Below are positions 1 to 7,968 of a stretch of DNA of 46,365 bases, piece after piece; the first letter of the stretch is position 1, and each line of letters starts with the position of its first letter. The translations under genes were made by a program, and so were the position numbers. The notes below the pieces were generated by a model. The model was not told the DNA's origin and ran no database searches. It worked only from the letters and a program-made list of their open reading frames with translations. Origin of the DNA: an uncultured Thermodesulfobacteriota bacterium (GTDB taxonomy: Bacteria; Desulfobacterota; DSWW01); contig CAYTRL010000001.1 of the NCBI GenBank assembly GCA_964439795.1, positions 1 to 46,365 on the forward strand. The letters run 5' to 3'.

Positions 1-329
1 CCTTTCTCCCATTCATGCGTTGGTTCCTCCCAGATGAATGAATCCAAGTTGTTTTGACGTTACTCAATGCCTGTTACGGGAGGGAGGTATTGCAAGGCGA
101 GTGCCAAAGTGCCAGCCTTGCCTGAAATGTGGAAAATGCCAATTTTTTCGGTTGAGCGGGGAGGGTTCTAACGAGGGAGAGAGGGTTCCCCCGCTTTCTC
201 GGAGACAGACGTTAAAGGGGAGGCTGAATCAGTGGAATCAGCGCAACCACGCGCTCATGCAGGGAGACACAAGATGGGAGATTATGAGTATAGGCAGGAG
301 GATCATGAAGTCATAACGAAGTGGAGGAT

Positions 330-740
330 CAGATCGGGCAGGGCCCCACCCTGCGGGGGCACATCCGGTCGTCATCCCCGTCCCCGCTTTCGTGGGGACA
401 AGCTCCAACGCGGATCCGGGGGCTGTCGGGCGGAGGGACAAACAGCCTCCTCCTTCCCCCTGCCCCTGGATTCCGGGTCATGCCCGGAATGTCGGAAAAG
501 TACAATGGGCTTGTCATCCCGGACTTGATCCGGGATCCACAGTTCAGAAGCACTTCTGGATGCCGGCCGGAGCTTGCCCCAGACTCCGATCCGGGGCCGG
601 CATAACAGAAAAAGACGTTTATCGACACCCGGAAAGTGGGAATCCAGGGGAGGCAGGGCAGGGTGCCGAAGAGCCTCCTCCTCGCCCCTGCCCCTGGATT
701 CTCCGGGTCATGCCCGGAATGACGGGTATGTACGCCTCCT
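330..740. repeat. Cluster of short palindromic REP-like intergenic repeats downstream of the HMGR-fusion gene
   Basis: Two ~52-bp direct copies (444-495 and 672-725: agcctcctcct.cccctgcccctggatt(c)ccgggtcatgcccggaatg.cgg), each containing the hairpin attccggg-N5-cccggaat. Hairpin gtcccc-N8-ggggac at about 379-398. The unit gtcatcccggacttgatccgggatcc... (512-575) recurs at 6848-6917. No convincing ORF in this region. Confidence 0.7.
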
Positions 741-754
741 TATCCGACAAGCTC

Positions 755-3553
755 CTAAGGGTGTATGCCCGTGGAGCGGGCCGCAACCAGCCCGCTGGCC
801 GTGAAGGCGTGGGAGATCGGTTGGAGATAGAACAGCATGGGTCTCGGACCGTACATCTCCGGCTTGCACTCCCAACTCCCGTTGGCCCGCTGACGGTCCA
901 TGAGAAAGGAGACTGCCTGACGGATCACCCCCCGGTAGCGGTCCGGGTCCACGCGGCAGAGTTCGGAGACCGCGATCCCGGTGGAGCTTGCACAGGAACT
1001 GGTGCCGGGGATGATCCCCCAGCCGCCATCACTGTTTACCGCCGACATCAGCGCCGCCCGGCCCTTGATGGCCGCCTGGCTTCCGGCGGGAAGGCCCCGC
1101 AGAAGAGCGGACTGAACATAAGGGAAGTTGCGGCAGAGTCCGCCCCTCCACCCGCCGTCCAGGTCCTGGTGCTCGCCGATCCACTGCACCGCCCTCTTCA
1201 TGCTGATTTCCCCATCCTGCCCACAGGCGGTGACGGCTTCCAGAATGTGCCCCAGAACCTCGGGAACCACGGCGTCTCCCGCGGACTGCCACGTGGTCCA
1301 CAGGCCCATGGCCTCCTGGTTCCGGCCGAGATAAGAGAGCCCGGAGCCCAGGGCGTTCTTAATCCTTTCCGCAATCTCCGGGTCCAGCTGGATCTTTTTG
1401 GCGTCGTTCAGGGCCAGAAGTGTGTGTGCTGTGGATTCGTTGTCTGAGATGATTCCCGGCGAATAGCCCCACCCGCCGTCCTCGTTCTGGGACCGGACCA
1501 GAAAAGCCAGGGCCTGAGCCAGGGCCTGGCTCTGGAATTCTTTGTTGTCGATAAACGCGCGAACGATCATGGACGTAGCCCACATGTCCAGGTTCACGTA
1601 CGACCAGAACCCCTGATCGTCCTGTGCCTGCACCAGGTACGAGGCCGCTTTCCGTGCTTCCACCGAGCGGTTGGTTTCCAGGAACGCAAGAAAGGCCATG
1701 GCCGTGGATACCGGGTTGTTCCAGATGGAGCCGTCGTTCCACTGCAACTCGGGCAGCAGACCGGCCACGGTCTTGTCGCCCAGGAGCACGCGCACGGAGA
1801 GCAGGTCGGACAGGGCCCAGGGTTTCAGGGACTTCCTTTTCTCCTCGGAATCGGTGTGGGACTGAAGCTGTTTGAGGATCTGCTCCTTGCGACGAAAGCT
1901 GCTCATGGACCGCTCGGTGGACGTGGCCAGGGCGGCCAGGATCTCGGTCTTGCGCATGTAGATCGGGTCAAACAGCAGGGGGTCGGACAGGTCGATGGCA
2001 CCGAACCTCTCCATGGCAAGGGAGTACGCCATCTCTTCGTAAATCTCCGCCACCCGGTGGTGGTTCTGCACGGCCTGTCCCCGGAGCCACAGCCTCGCCT
2101 GCTGCACCGTGGCTTCGTGTTCCCCGGACCGGCCCAGGGCCACGGCCACGATGGCCGTTTCAAAGATTCTCGGGCTGGAAGAGCCGGACCATTTCCCACT
2201 GGCCTCCTGGGTGTCCAGGGCAAACCCCACCGCCTTGTTGATCGCTCTCGTCAATCCACCGTCTGGTCCCCGCAGCTCGTTCAGGGCTGCCTGCACGGCG
2301 TTGGTGGTGATCTCCCCCGTCTGCACCGCCTGGCGAACCACGTGCTGCAGTTCGTCACCCCGCGCCCCCAGGCCCAGGGCGATGCTCCGGGCGTGCAGGG
2401 ACATGTGTCCCCGCTGGATCCCCTCGGAGGCCAAGGCCCGTACCGCGGCCAGGTTCTGGGCGATTCCCACGGCGGCGGCGACCCGCGCGAGATCCGACGC
2501 TTTTTCGATCTTCAACATCTTCAAGCAGGCCTGCGCCACGGGGTTGATCGACACGCCCCCCCCCACGATGCCCACGGCCATGGGGAGGGTCAGCTTGCCC
2601 GCCACGAACCGGCCGCCCTCCTCGTCCTCTTCGATCCGCCACACGGACAGGGGTTTGTAGCTTCCCTCCCGGCTGGCAAATGCGTGGGCCCCGGATTCGA
2701 TGCTCCTCCAGTCGTTCCCACAGGCGATGATCACGGAATCCACACCGTTCATGATCCCTTTGTTGTGTGTGGCGGCCCGGTACGGGTCGATCTCGGCGAT
2801 CCGGGATGCGGCCACGATCCCCTCGGCCACCCGTTCCGCGGTGAAGTTCTTGGTGACGAACGCGTTGATAGGGATCCGCACACGGCTGGTCACGCAGCGT
2901 CGGTCCGCCAGGTTGGAAAGGATCTTGAGGCCGGGTTTTCCGCCGGTCAACTCCGCAAAGGTGCCGGCCATGGCCTCGCAGGCCGTGTTGATGAGGTTCG
3001 CGCCCATGGCGTCCCGACAGTCGAGAACGATGTGCACCACCGCGTGACCGGCCGGGGCATCCACCACCCGGAACACCACGTCTCTGGCCCCGCCGCCCCT
3101 TGCCTTGAGGCGGGGATGGATCTGGTCGATCTGGCGGATGAGTTTCTCCTTTTCCGCCTCTATCTTCTTTCCTGCCGCATCCAGATCCGGAACGCCCCGC
3201 ATCTCGATCTGTCCGATCATCTCGGGCTCGTCACACTCTGTGAAGATGCCTCCCCCCTCCCGGGCGAACTTCGCACCGTTGGAGGCCGCTGCGATGACGG
3301 AAGGCTCCTCCACCGCCATGGGCACCAGGACCGTCTTCCCGTCGATGATGAAGTTGGTTCCCAGCCCCAGGGGAAGAAAGGTTACGCCGATCACGTTTTC
3401 CACGGTGGCCGAGGCAACGCGGACCCCCTCCTGAAAGGCCAGCAACAGGGAACTGTCCTTCTCGCTGAGGTCCCCGCGCTGGATCAGCAGGTCGTGCCGC
3501 TCCTCAACCGTCAGATTCCGGAACCCGGAAAGGGCTGAAGTGTCTTTCGCCAT
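755..3553 (-). CDS. Fusion protein: N-terminal class II HMG-CoA reductase plus a C-terminal ~500-aa QW-repeat (squalene-hopene cyclase / prenyltransferase alpha-alpha toroid-like) domain
   Basis: Continuous frame. ATG at 3553 (MAKDTSAL) is preceded by GGAGGA about 7 nt upstream, and the 20 codons the ORF track adds before it are unlikely to be real. HMGR motifs: ENVIG, EEPSVIAAAS, DCRDAMGANLIN, DPYRAATHNKGIMNG, GNDWR, VGIVGGG, EGIQRGHMSLHAR. The C-terminal half has 7 repeats of the type QNEDGGWGY, QDLDGGWRGG, NSDGGWGI and RANGSWE. Confidence 0.9.
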   Translation of the reverse strand: MAKDTSALSGFRNLTVEERHDLLIQRGDLSEKDSSLLLAFQEGVRVASATVENVIGVTFLPLGLGTNFIIDGKTVLVPMAVEEPSVIAAASNGAKFAREGGGIFTECDEPEMIGQIEMRGVPDLDAAGKKIEAEKEKLIRQIDQIHPRLKARGGGARDVVFRVVDAPAGHAVVHIVLDCRDAMGANLINTACEAMAGTFAELTGGKPGLKILSNLADRRCVTSRVRIPINAFVTKNFTAERVAEGIVAASRIAEIDPYRAATHNKGIMNGVDSVIIACGNDWRSIESGAHAFASREGSYKPLSVWRIEEDEEGGRFVAGKLTLPMAVGIVGGGVSINPVAQACLKMLKIEKASDLARVAAAVGIAQNLAAVRALASEGIQRGHMSLHARSIALGLGARGDELQHVVRQAVQTGEITTNAVQAALNELRGPDGGLTRAINKAVGFALDTQEASGKWSGSSSPRIFETAIVAVALGRSGEHEATVQQARLWLRGQAVQNHHRVAEIYEEMAYSLAMERFGAIDLSDPLLFDPIYMRKTEILAALATSTERSMSSFRRKEQILKQLQSHTDSEEKRKSLKPWALSDLLSVRVLLGDKTVAGLLPELQWNDGSIWNNPVSTAMAFLAFLETNRSVEARKAASYLVQAQDDQGFWSYVNLDMWATSMIVRAFIDNKEFQSQALAQALAFLVRSQNEDGGWGYSPGIISDNESTAHTLLALNDAKKIQLDPEIAERIKNALGSGLSYLGRNQEAMGLWTTWQSAGDAVVPEVLGHILEAVTACGQDGEISMKRAVQWIGEHQDLDGGWRGGLCRNFPYVQSALLRGLPAGSQAAIKGRAALMSAVNSDGGWGIIPGTSSCASSTGIAVSELCRVDPDRYRGVIRQAVSFLMDRQRANGSWECKPEMYGPRPMLFYLQPISHAFTASGLVAARSTGIHP

Positions 3554-3801
3554 TGTTTCCTCCTCATTCACGGGATATCGATAAATGTACTGAGTTCCAA
3601 GTGAAAATGTCAACGAAGCGGCGGCTTGTCTGATGGCCCTGGATCGATTATGCTCGAAAGACGCTCCTAAGAACTCGTTGAAAAATGAGGCTTATGGAGA
3701 CTGTTGAAAAAGCCAATGCCACCCCTGTACACGAGTGCAAAAAGAGGTCGCTTTTTCATATGTTCAGGGTCCCGAGCATCCCACTCCGCAGGAGAACGAA
3801 C

Positions 3802-4839
3802 ATGAACCAGACCGAGCAGCGAAAAATGGAGCACATCCGGATCTGCCTCGAAAAGAAGGTGGACACCGGAGATCCCCTCTTCGATGAGGTCACTCTGGTC
3901 CATCAGACACTCAACGATCTGGACCTCGAGGCTGTGGATTGCTCGCAGACCTTTCTGGGAAAACGGCTGGATTTTCCCTTGCTTATCGCTGGGATGACCG
4001 GGGGCTGCCGGGAAGCCAGAGAGATCAACCTGGCCCTGGCCGGGGCCGCGGAACGGAAGGGGGTGGCCTTCGGGGTGGGTTCCCAGCGTGCCATGATCGA
4101 AAACCCGGACCTCACCGATACCTTTGCCGTGCGGGAGGCGGCGCCGACGACCCCCCTTCTGGGGAACCTCGGGATTACGGCCCTGAGAAAATACCCGCTT
4201 TCCCGGGTTCACCAGGCCGTAGAGAGTATCGGAGCGGATGCCCTGTGCGTGCATATCAACCCTGCCCAGGAACTGTTTCAGCATGAGGGGGACCTGGATT
4301 TTTCCGGCTGCCCGGAGGCGCTCCGAAGGCTCTGTGAGGACGCCGGGTACCCGGTGATCGCCAAGGAGGTGGGAACCGGTACCCGCCGGGAAAGCGCCCT
4401 GCTTCCGGAACAGTGGGGGGGGCTGGCCATCGACCTGGGGGGCCTGGGGGGGACCAGCTGGGTGCTCGTGGACAGCATCCGTTCCGGAATGGATTCAAGC
4501 CGGTTCCGTGTCTGGGGAATCCCCACCGCGGCCTCCATCCTGGAGGCCGGGGTCGCGGGCGTTCCGCTGATTGCCACGGGCGGCGTACGCAACGGCCTGC
4601 ACATGGCCAAGGCCGTTCTGCTCGGTGCGGATCTTTGCGGAATCGCCCTGCCGTTCATCCGGATCCTGGACCAGAAGGGGGTGGAGGGGGTGGATGGATA
4701 CATCGATACCCTGAAGCGTGAGTTCCGCTATGCCCTCTACTTGACGGGCTCGGTGAACGTGGCGGATTTCCGCCGGAAGAAGCCGGTGCTGGGCGCACGC
4801 ATTCTGGAATGGGTCCGGCAGCGCGAGCTTGCTCTCTAA
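3802..4839 (+). CDS. fni: Type 2 isopentenyl-diphosphate delta-isomerase (FMN-dependent IDI-2)
   Basis: Start MNQTEQRKMEHIRI at ATG 3802 with GGAGA 6-7 nt upstream. Motifs: LLIAGMTGG, GVGSQR, VHINPAQEL, PVIAKEVGTG, GGLGGTSW, IATGGVRNGLHMAKAVLLGA. 345 aa, typical for fni. Confidence 0.9.
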   Translation: MNQTEQRKMEHIRICLEKKVDTGDPLFDEVTLVHQTLNDLDLEAVDCSQTFLGKRLDFPLLIAGMTGGCREAREINLALAGAAERKGVAFGVGSQRAMIENPDLTDTFAVREAAPTTPLLGNLGITALRKYPLSRVHQAVESIGADALCVHINPAQELFQHEGDLDFSGCPEALRRLCEDAGYPVIAKEVGTGTRRESALLPEQWGGLAIDLGGLGGTSWVLVDSIRSGMDSSRFRVWGIPTAASILEAGVAGVPLIATGGVRNGLHMAKAVLLGADLCGIALPFIRILDQKGVEGVDGYIDTLKREFRYALYLTGSVNVADFRRKKPVLGARILEWVRQRELAL

Positions 4840-4860
4840 CAGGTTCGAAGGAACGCCGGG

Positions 4861-5943
4861 TCAGGGGCCCCGCTCACACTGATAGACGGGATGAACCAGG
4901 CTCGTCCCCGGGTGCACTACCTGCATGTCCCACACGATGTCCCCTTCCTCTGTCACCTCGATGCAACGGGCATCCGTCACGTGGGTCAACAGGGTATTTC
5001 CGTTGGGCAGCCGGTCGGCATCCCCGCCGGAAAGATCGCTCATAGTATTCCCCGGATCGGTCCAGGACCATACCTCCGTCATGGTCCCCGCGGACGGGTC
5101 CACGGTGAACTCCATCGCCCGGCTCACCAGGGGGTTCCGGTAGTGTCCGTTGTCGAAAACCATGAACCGGTTGTTATCGATCATCTCTGTTTCATGCGCC
5201 GCACTCAGAAACGGCTCCGCGGGCAGTTCTACCCGGCCGAAATCGCCGTGCTGGCCGGCCGACCAGAGGATGTCTCCGGAGGGATACTCGATCATCCAGA
5301 GCGTATCCAGGCTGCGTGAGAGCAGCAGGAGCACTTCACGGTAACTTCCGTTGAAGTAATAATTCGAATAATAGTGCACGGTGTTGCAGTGGCTCCAGTC
5401 CACGCCATACCGGGAGAACTCGTTGTGCAGGGCAGCGTCCACGTAATCGTGTATCTTCCATTCCCACAGGATGTTCTTGGTGCCCTCATCCACGATGACG
5501 ATGACGTCCCCCAGCCAGCTCTTGCCGTGGCTCGTGGTGAACATCTCGTTGGACAGGTACAGGATGTCGCCCCAGGGCAGCTGTTCCACGGAGTGATGGC
5601 CCGGGTTGGGATTGTCCTGCCACTGGATCAGATTGGTGGCCGGGTCCACGATCTTTCGCACGTCCGTCCCCATGATCAGGACGTTGCCGTCCGGCAGCGG
5701 ATCGAACCCCATGTTCACCCCTCCGACCCAGGGCCCCACCTCCTGGTCCTCCCACAGCACGTTTCCGTTCATGTCCACGCTGAGGTACGTCCCGGCCACG
5801 TGCAGCTGGAAATAGGTGGTTCCGTCATATGTTCTGGAGGAATCATAGGTATTTATGACGATATCGTAGGTGGGGGTGCACCCCATAAGAGCGAGTCCGA
5901 TCACCATGGTTCCAAGGATGGGGAGAGCAGCCCGACGCATCAT
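4861..5943 (-). CDS. Arylsulfotransferase (ASST)-family beta-propeller lipoprotein
   Basis: Signal peptide with lipobox (LALMGC). ASST-like stretches: NVLWEDQ, ILWEWKIHDYVD, DWSHCNTVHY, NGNTLLTH and DIVWDM. Confidence 0.7.
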   Translation of the reverse strand: MMRRAALPILGTMVIGLALMGCTPTYDIVINTYDSSRTYDGTTYFQLHVAGTYLSVDMNGNVLWEDQEVGPWVGGVNMGFDPLPDGNVLIMGTDVRKIVDPATNLIQWQDNPNPGHHSVEQLPWGDILYLSNEMFTTSHGKSWLGDVIVIVDEGTKNILWEWKIHDYVDAALHNEFSRYGVDWSHCNTVHYYSNYYFNGSYREVLLLLSRSLDTLWMIEYPSGDILWSAGQHGDFGRVELPAEPFLSAAHETEMIDNNRFMVFDNGHYRNPLVSRAMEFTVDPSAGTMTEVWSWTDPGNTMSDLSGGDADRLPNGNTLLTHVTDARCIEVTEEGDIVWDMQVVHPGTSLVHPVYQCERGP

Positions 5944-6144
5944 GTCCGATCCCTTTCTCAGGTGTTTTTTTTCAGTGACATTGTTTTATTATTTCCCACT
6001 CTTCCGCCGCGCGAAACAAACATATTATACATGGTATGAATATTTTGACCCTTTTTCAAGTGAATAGTTTCAACCACCGGTTGAAAACCGGGTGCCGACA
6101 CCATAAAATAGCTCCCCCTAGAAACCGACAGGGAGATAATCATC

Positions 6145-6813
6145 TTGGCGTGCCTTTCCTTTATGCAGGTAGTGGTCCTGGTGGCGGCGGTCATTGCCTC
6201 GGTTTTTTCCATTTACACACGATACCGGAACGAACCGCTTTACACCCTTGTCAAACCGATCCCCATGTTCCTGATCATCTCCCTCTTCTTCATGAACCTG
6301 GTGTCCATATCACCCACCTCCACCTTTCCCTACCTGATCTTCCTGGGACTGATCGCCGGGGTGGGCGGGGATATCCTGCTCCTGTCTCCCAAGCGGTTCC
6401 TCGCCGGCCTCATCGCCTTCCTCCTGGGCCACATCCTCTACATCACGGGGTTCGCAACCGTGGCGATCTCCCTGCCGCCGGTCCTGATCCTGGCCCCCTT
6501 TGCCGTCACCCTCACTTTCGGCGTCATTCTGCTGGGGAAGATGGAGGAATCGGCGAGAAAGAAATACCGGATCCCCCTGCTCGTCTACATGGTCGCCATC
6601 ACGTTGATGTTCATCACGGCCCTGAACTTCGACCGGAACACGGGGGCGGAATTCCCCTTCTTCACACTGGGCTCCCTGCTTTTCTGCATATCCGACGGTG
6701 TGCTGGCCTGGAACCGGTTTTACCGGCCCTTCCGGGCGGCACAGGCCATCATCCTGACGACCTACTACTCCGCACAGATCCTGATCGGTTTCAGGGCCAT
6801 GTGCTTCCTCTAA
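6145..6813 (+). CDS. YhhN-family integral membrane protein (lysoplasmalogenase-like), paralog 1
   Basis: 222 aa, all hydrophobic helices. TTG start at 6145 with GGGAGA 8 nt upstream (alternative ATG at 6163). Conserved YhhN-like C-terminus FCISDGVLAWNRF...YYSAQILI. Same length and architecture as the ORF at 34601-35269. Confidence 0.75.
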   Translation: MACLSFMQVVVLVAAVIASVFSIYTRYRNEPLYTLVKPIPMFLIISLFFMNLVSISPTSTFPYLIFLGLIAGVGGDILLLSPKRFLAGLIAFLLGHILYITGFATVAISLPPVLILAPFAVTLTFGVILLGKMEESARKKYRIPLLVYMVAITLMFITALNFDRNTGAEFPFFTLGSLLFCISDGVLAWNRFYRPFRAAQAIILTTYYSAQILIGFRAMCFL

Positions 6814-6847
6814 CCGGCCGTTGAAAAAGTGGGATCCTGTGTTTTCC

Positions 6848-6917
6848 GTCATTCCGGACTTGATCCGGAATCCAGCATTTTCAAGCACCGCTGGATCCCG
6901 GCCTTCACCGGGATGAC
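6848..6917. repeat. REP-like palindromic repeat, same family as 512-575
   Basis: gtcattccggacttgatccggaatcc...ctggatcccggccttcaccgggatgac, compared with gtcatcccggacttgatccgggatcc...ctggatgccggcc at 512-575. Internal hairpin attccgga-N6-tccggaat. Confidence 0.7.
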
Positions 6918-7001
6918 TGCAAATTGGACTTTTTCAACTCCCTTGAAAAAGCGATTGGCAATATAATAGGTAGTTTTTTCATAGGATCAGACTGCCAAGC
7001 G

Positions 7002-7859
7002 ATGTTTTTCTGGGCACTCAGTATCGTTCTGTTCTTCGGGTTCGCCTTTGCCGGGTTTGCCTTCCTTCAAACCCAGCAGGTACGGCATCACAGGCTCGAC
7101 CTGTTCTTTGAAGCCCTTCCCCACGCCTTCGACGGGATGACCGTGCTCTTTCTCTCGGACCTTCACTTCGGGACCGGGGACCGGCGAAAGGTCCGAAGGC
7201 TGGCGGCCTTGAACACACCACCCGCAGACCTTTGCGTGATCACCGGCGACCTCATCGAGATGGACGACGGCATCGCATCCTGCGTGGAAGCCGTCCGGGA
7301 CCTGCACAGCCGGGAGGGGACCTACTGCGTGCTTGGCAACCACGACTACTACCGGTACTCCGCCCTGGACACATTCATGAGGAAGGACATTACGGAAAAA
7401 CCCAACAATGCGGAGCTACTCGTCCAGGGGCTCAGGCGAAACGGGGTCCGGATCCTGCACAACCGAAGCACAGAGATCCGACGGAACGGTGAATCGATCT
7501 GGCTGGCAGGGGTTGATGACCCCGTCACCCGGAGGGAAGACGTTTCCAGGGCACTTTCCGGGGTCCCGGAAGGGGCCTTCCACATTCTTCTCTCCCACAC
7601 CCCGGACGTGCTCAAGGACCTCCCCGCTTCCGGTGAAGGGCTCGTGCTGTCGGGGCACACGCACGGAGGCCAGGTGGTGCTGCCGATCCTGGGACCGATT
7701 CTGAACCACTCCACGCTCAAGCCCGGTTTCATCTCCGGCATGGTCCGGCAGGGAAACACGCTCCTGCTGGTCACGAACGGACTCGGGGTCAACCGCTTTT
7801 TTCCGTTCCGGTTCCGCTGCAGGGCCGAAGTGCACACCCTCCGCCTCCGGAAGATTTGA
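7002..7859 (+). CDS. Membrane-anchored metallophosphoesterase (YkuE/calcineurin-like)
   Basis: Motifs: LSDLHFG, TGDLIE, GNHDYY, LLSHTPD, SGHTHGGQ. N-terminal TM helix MFFWALSIVLFFGFAFAGFAF. The start is uncertain. The ORF track begins at TTG 6924, but that lies inside a repeat and has no RBS, so I prefer ATG 7002. Confidence 0.8.
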   Translation: MFFWALSIVLFFGFAFAGFAFLQTQQVRHHRLDLFFEALPHAFDGMTVLFLSDLHFGTGDRRKVRRLAALNTPPADLCVITGDLIEMDDGIASCVEAVRDLHSREGTYCVLGNHDYYRYSALDTFMRKDITEKPNNAELLVQGLRRNGVRILHNRSTEIRRNGESIWLAGVDDPVTRREDVSRALSGVPEGAFHILLSHTPDVLKDLPASGEGLVLSGHTHGGQVVLPILGPILNHSTLKPGFISGMVRQGNTLLLVTNGLGVNRFFPFRFRCRAEVHTLRLRKI

Positions 7860-7968
7860 TTTTACATTCGTCCGGCATCGGTACATACTTTTCTTGTTTC
7901 CGATGGGCGGTCGCAAGGCGGTTTTCCCTGCCCGTGGCAACCGGACACCAACAACCCCGGAGGAATGC

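Noticed and set aside
444-725. Two ~52-bp direct repeats as a possible CRISPR array
   Set aside because: There are only two copies, the spacer is 176 bp (far too long), the repeats are imperfect and belong to a dispersed REP family, and there are no cas genes.
392-1447. 351-aa plus-strand ORF at the window start
   Set aside because: Its first half is translated from REP-like repeats, and its second half is antisense to the 3' end of the HMGR-fusion gene.
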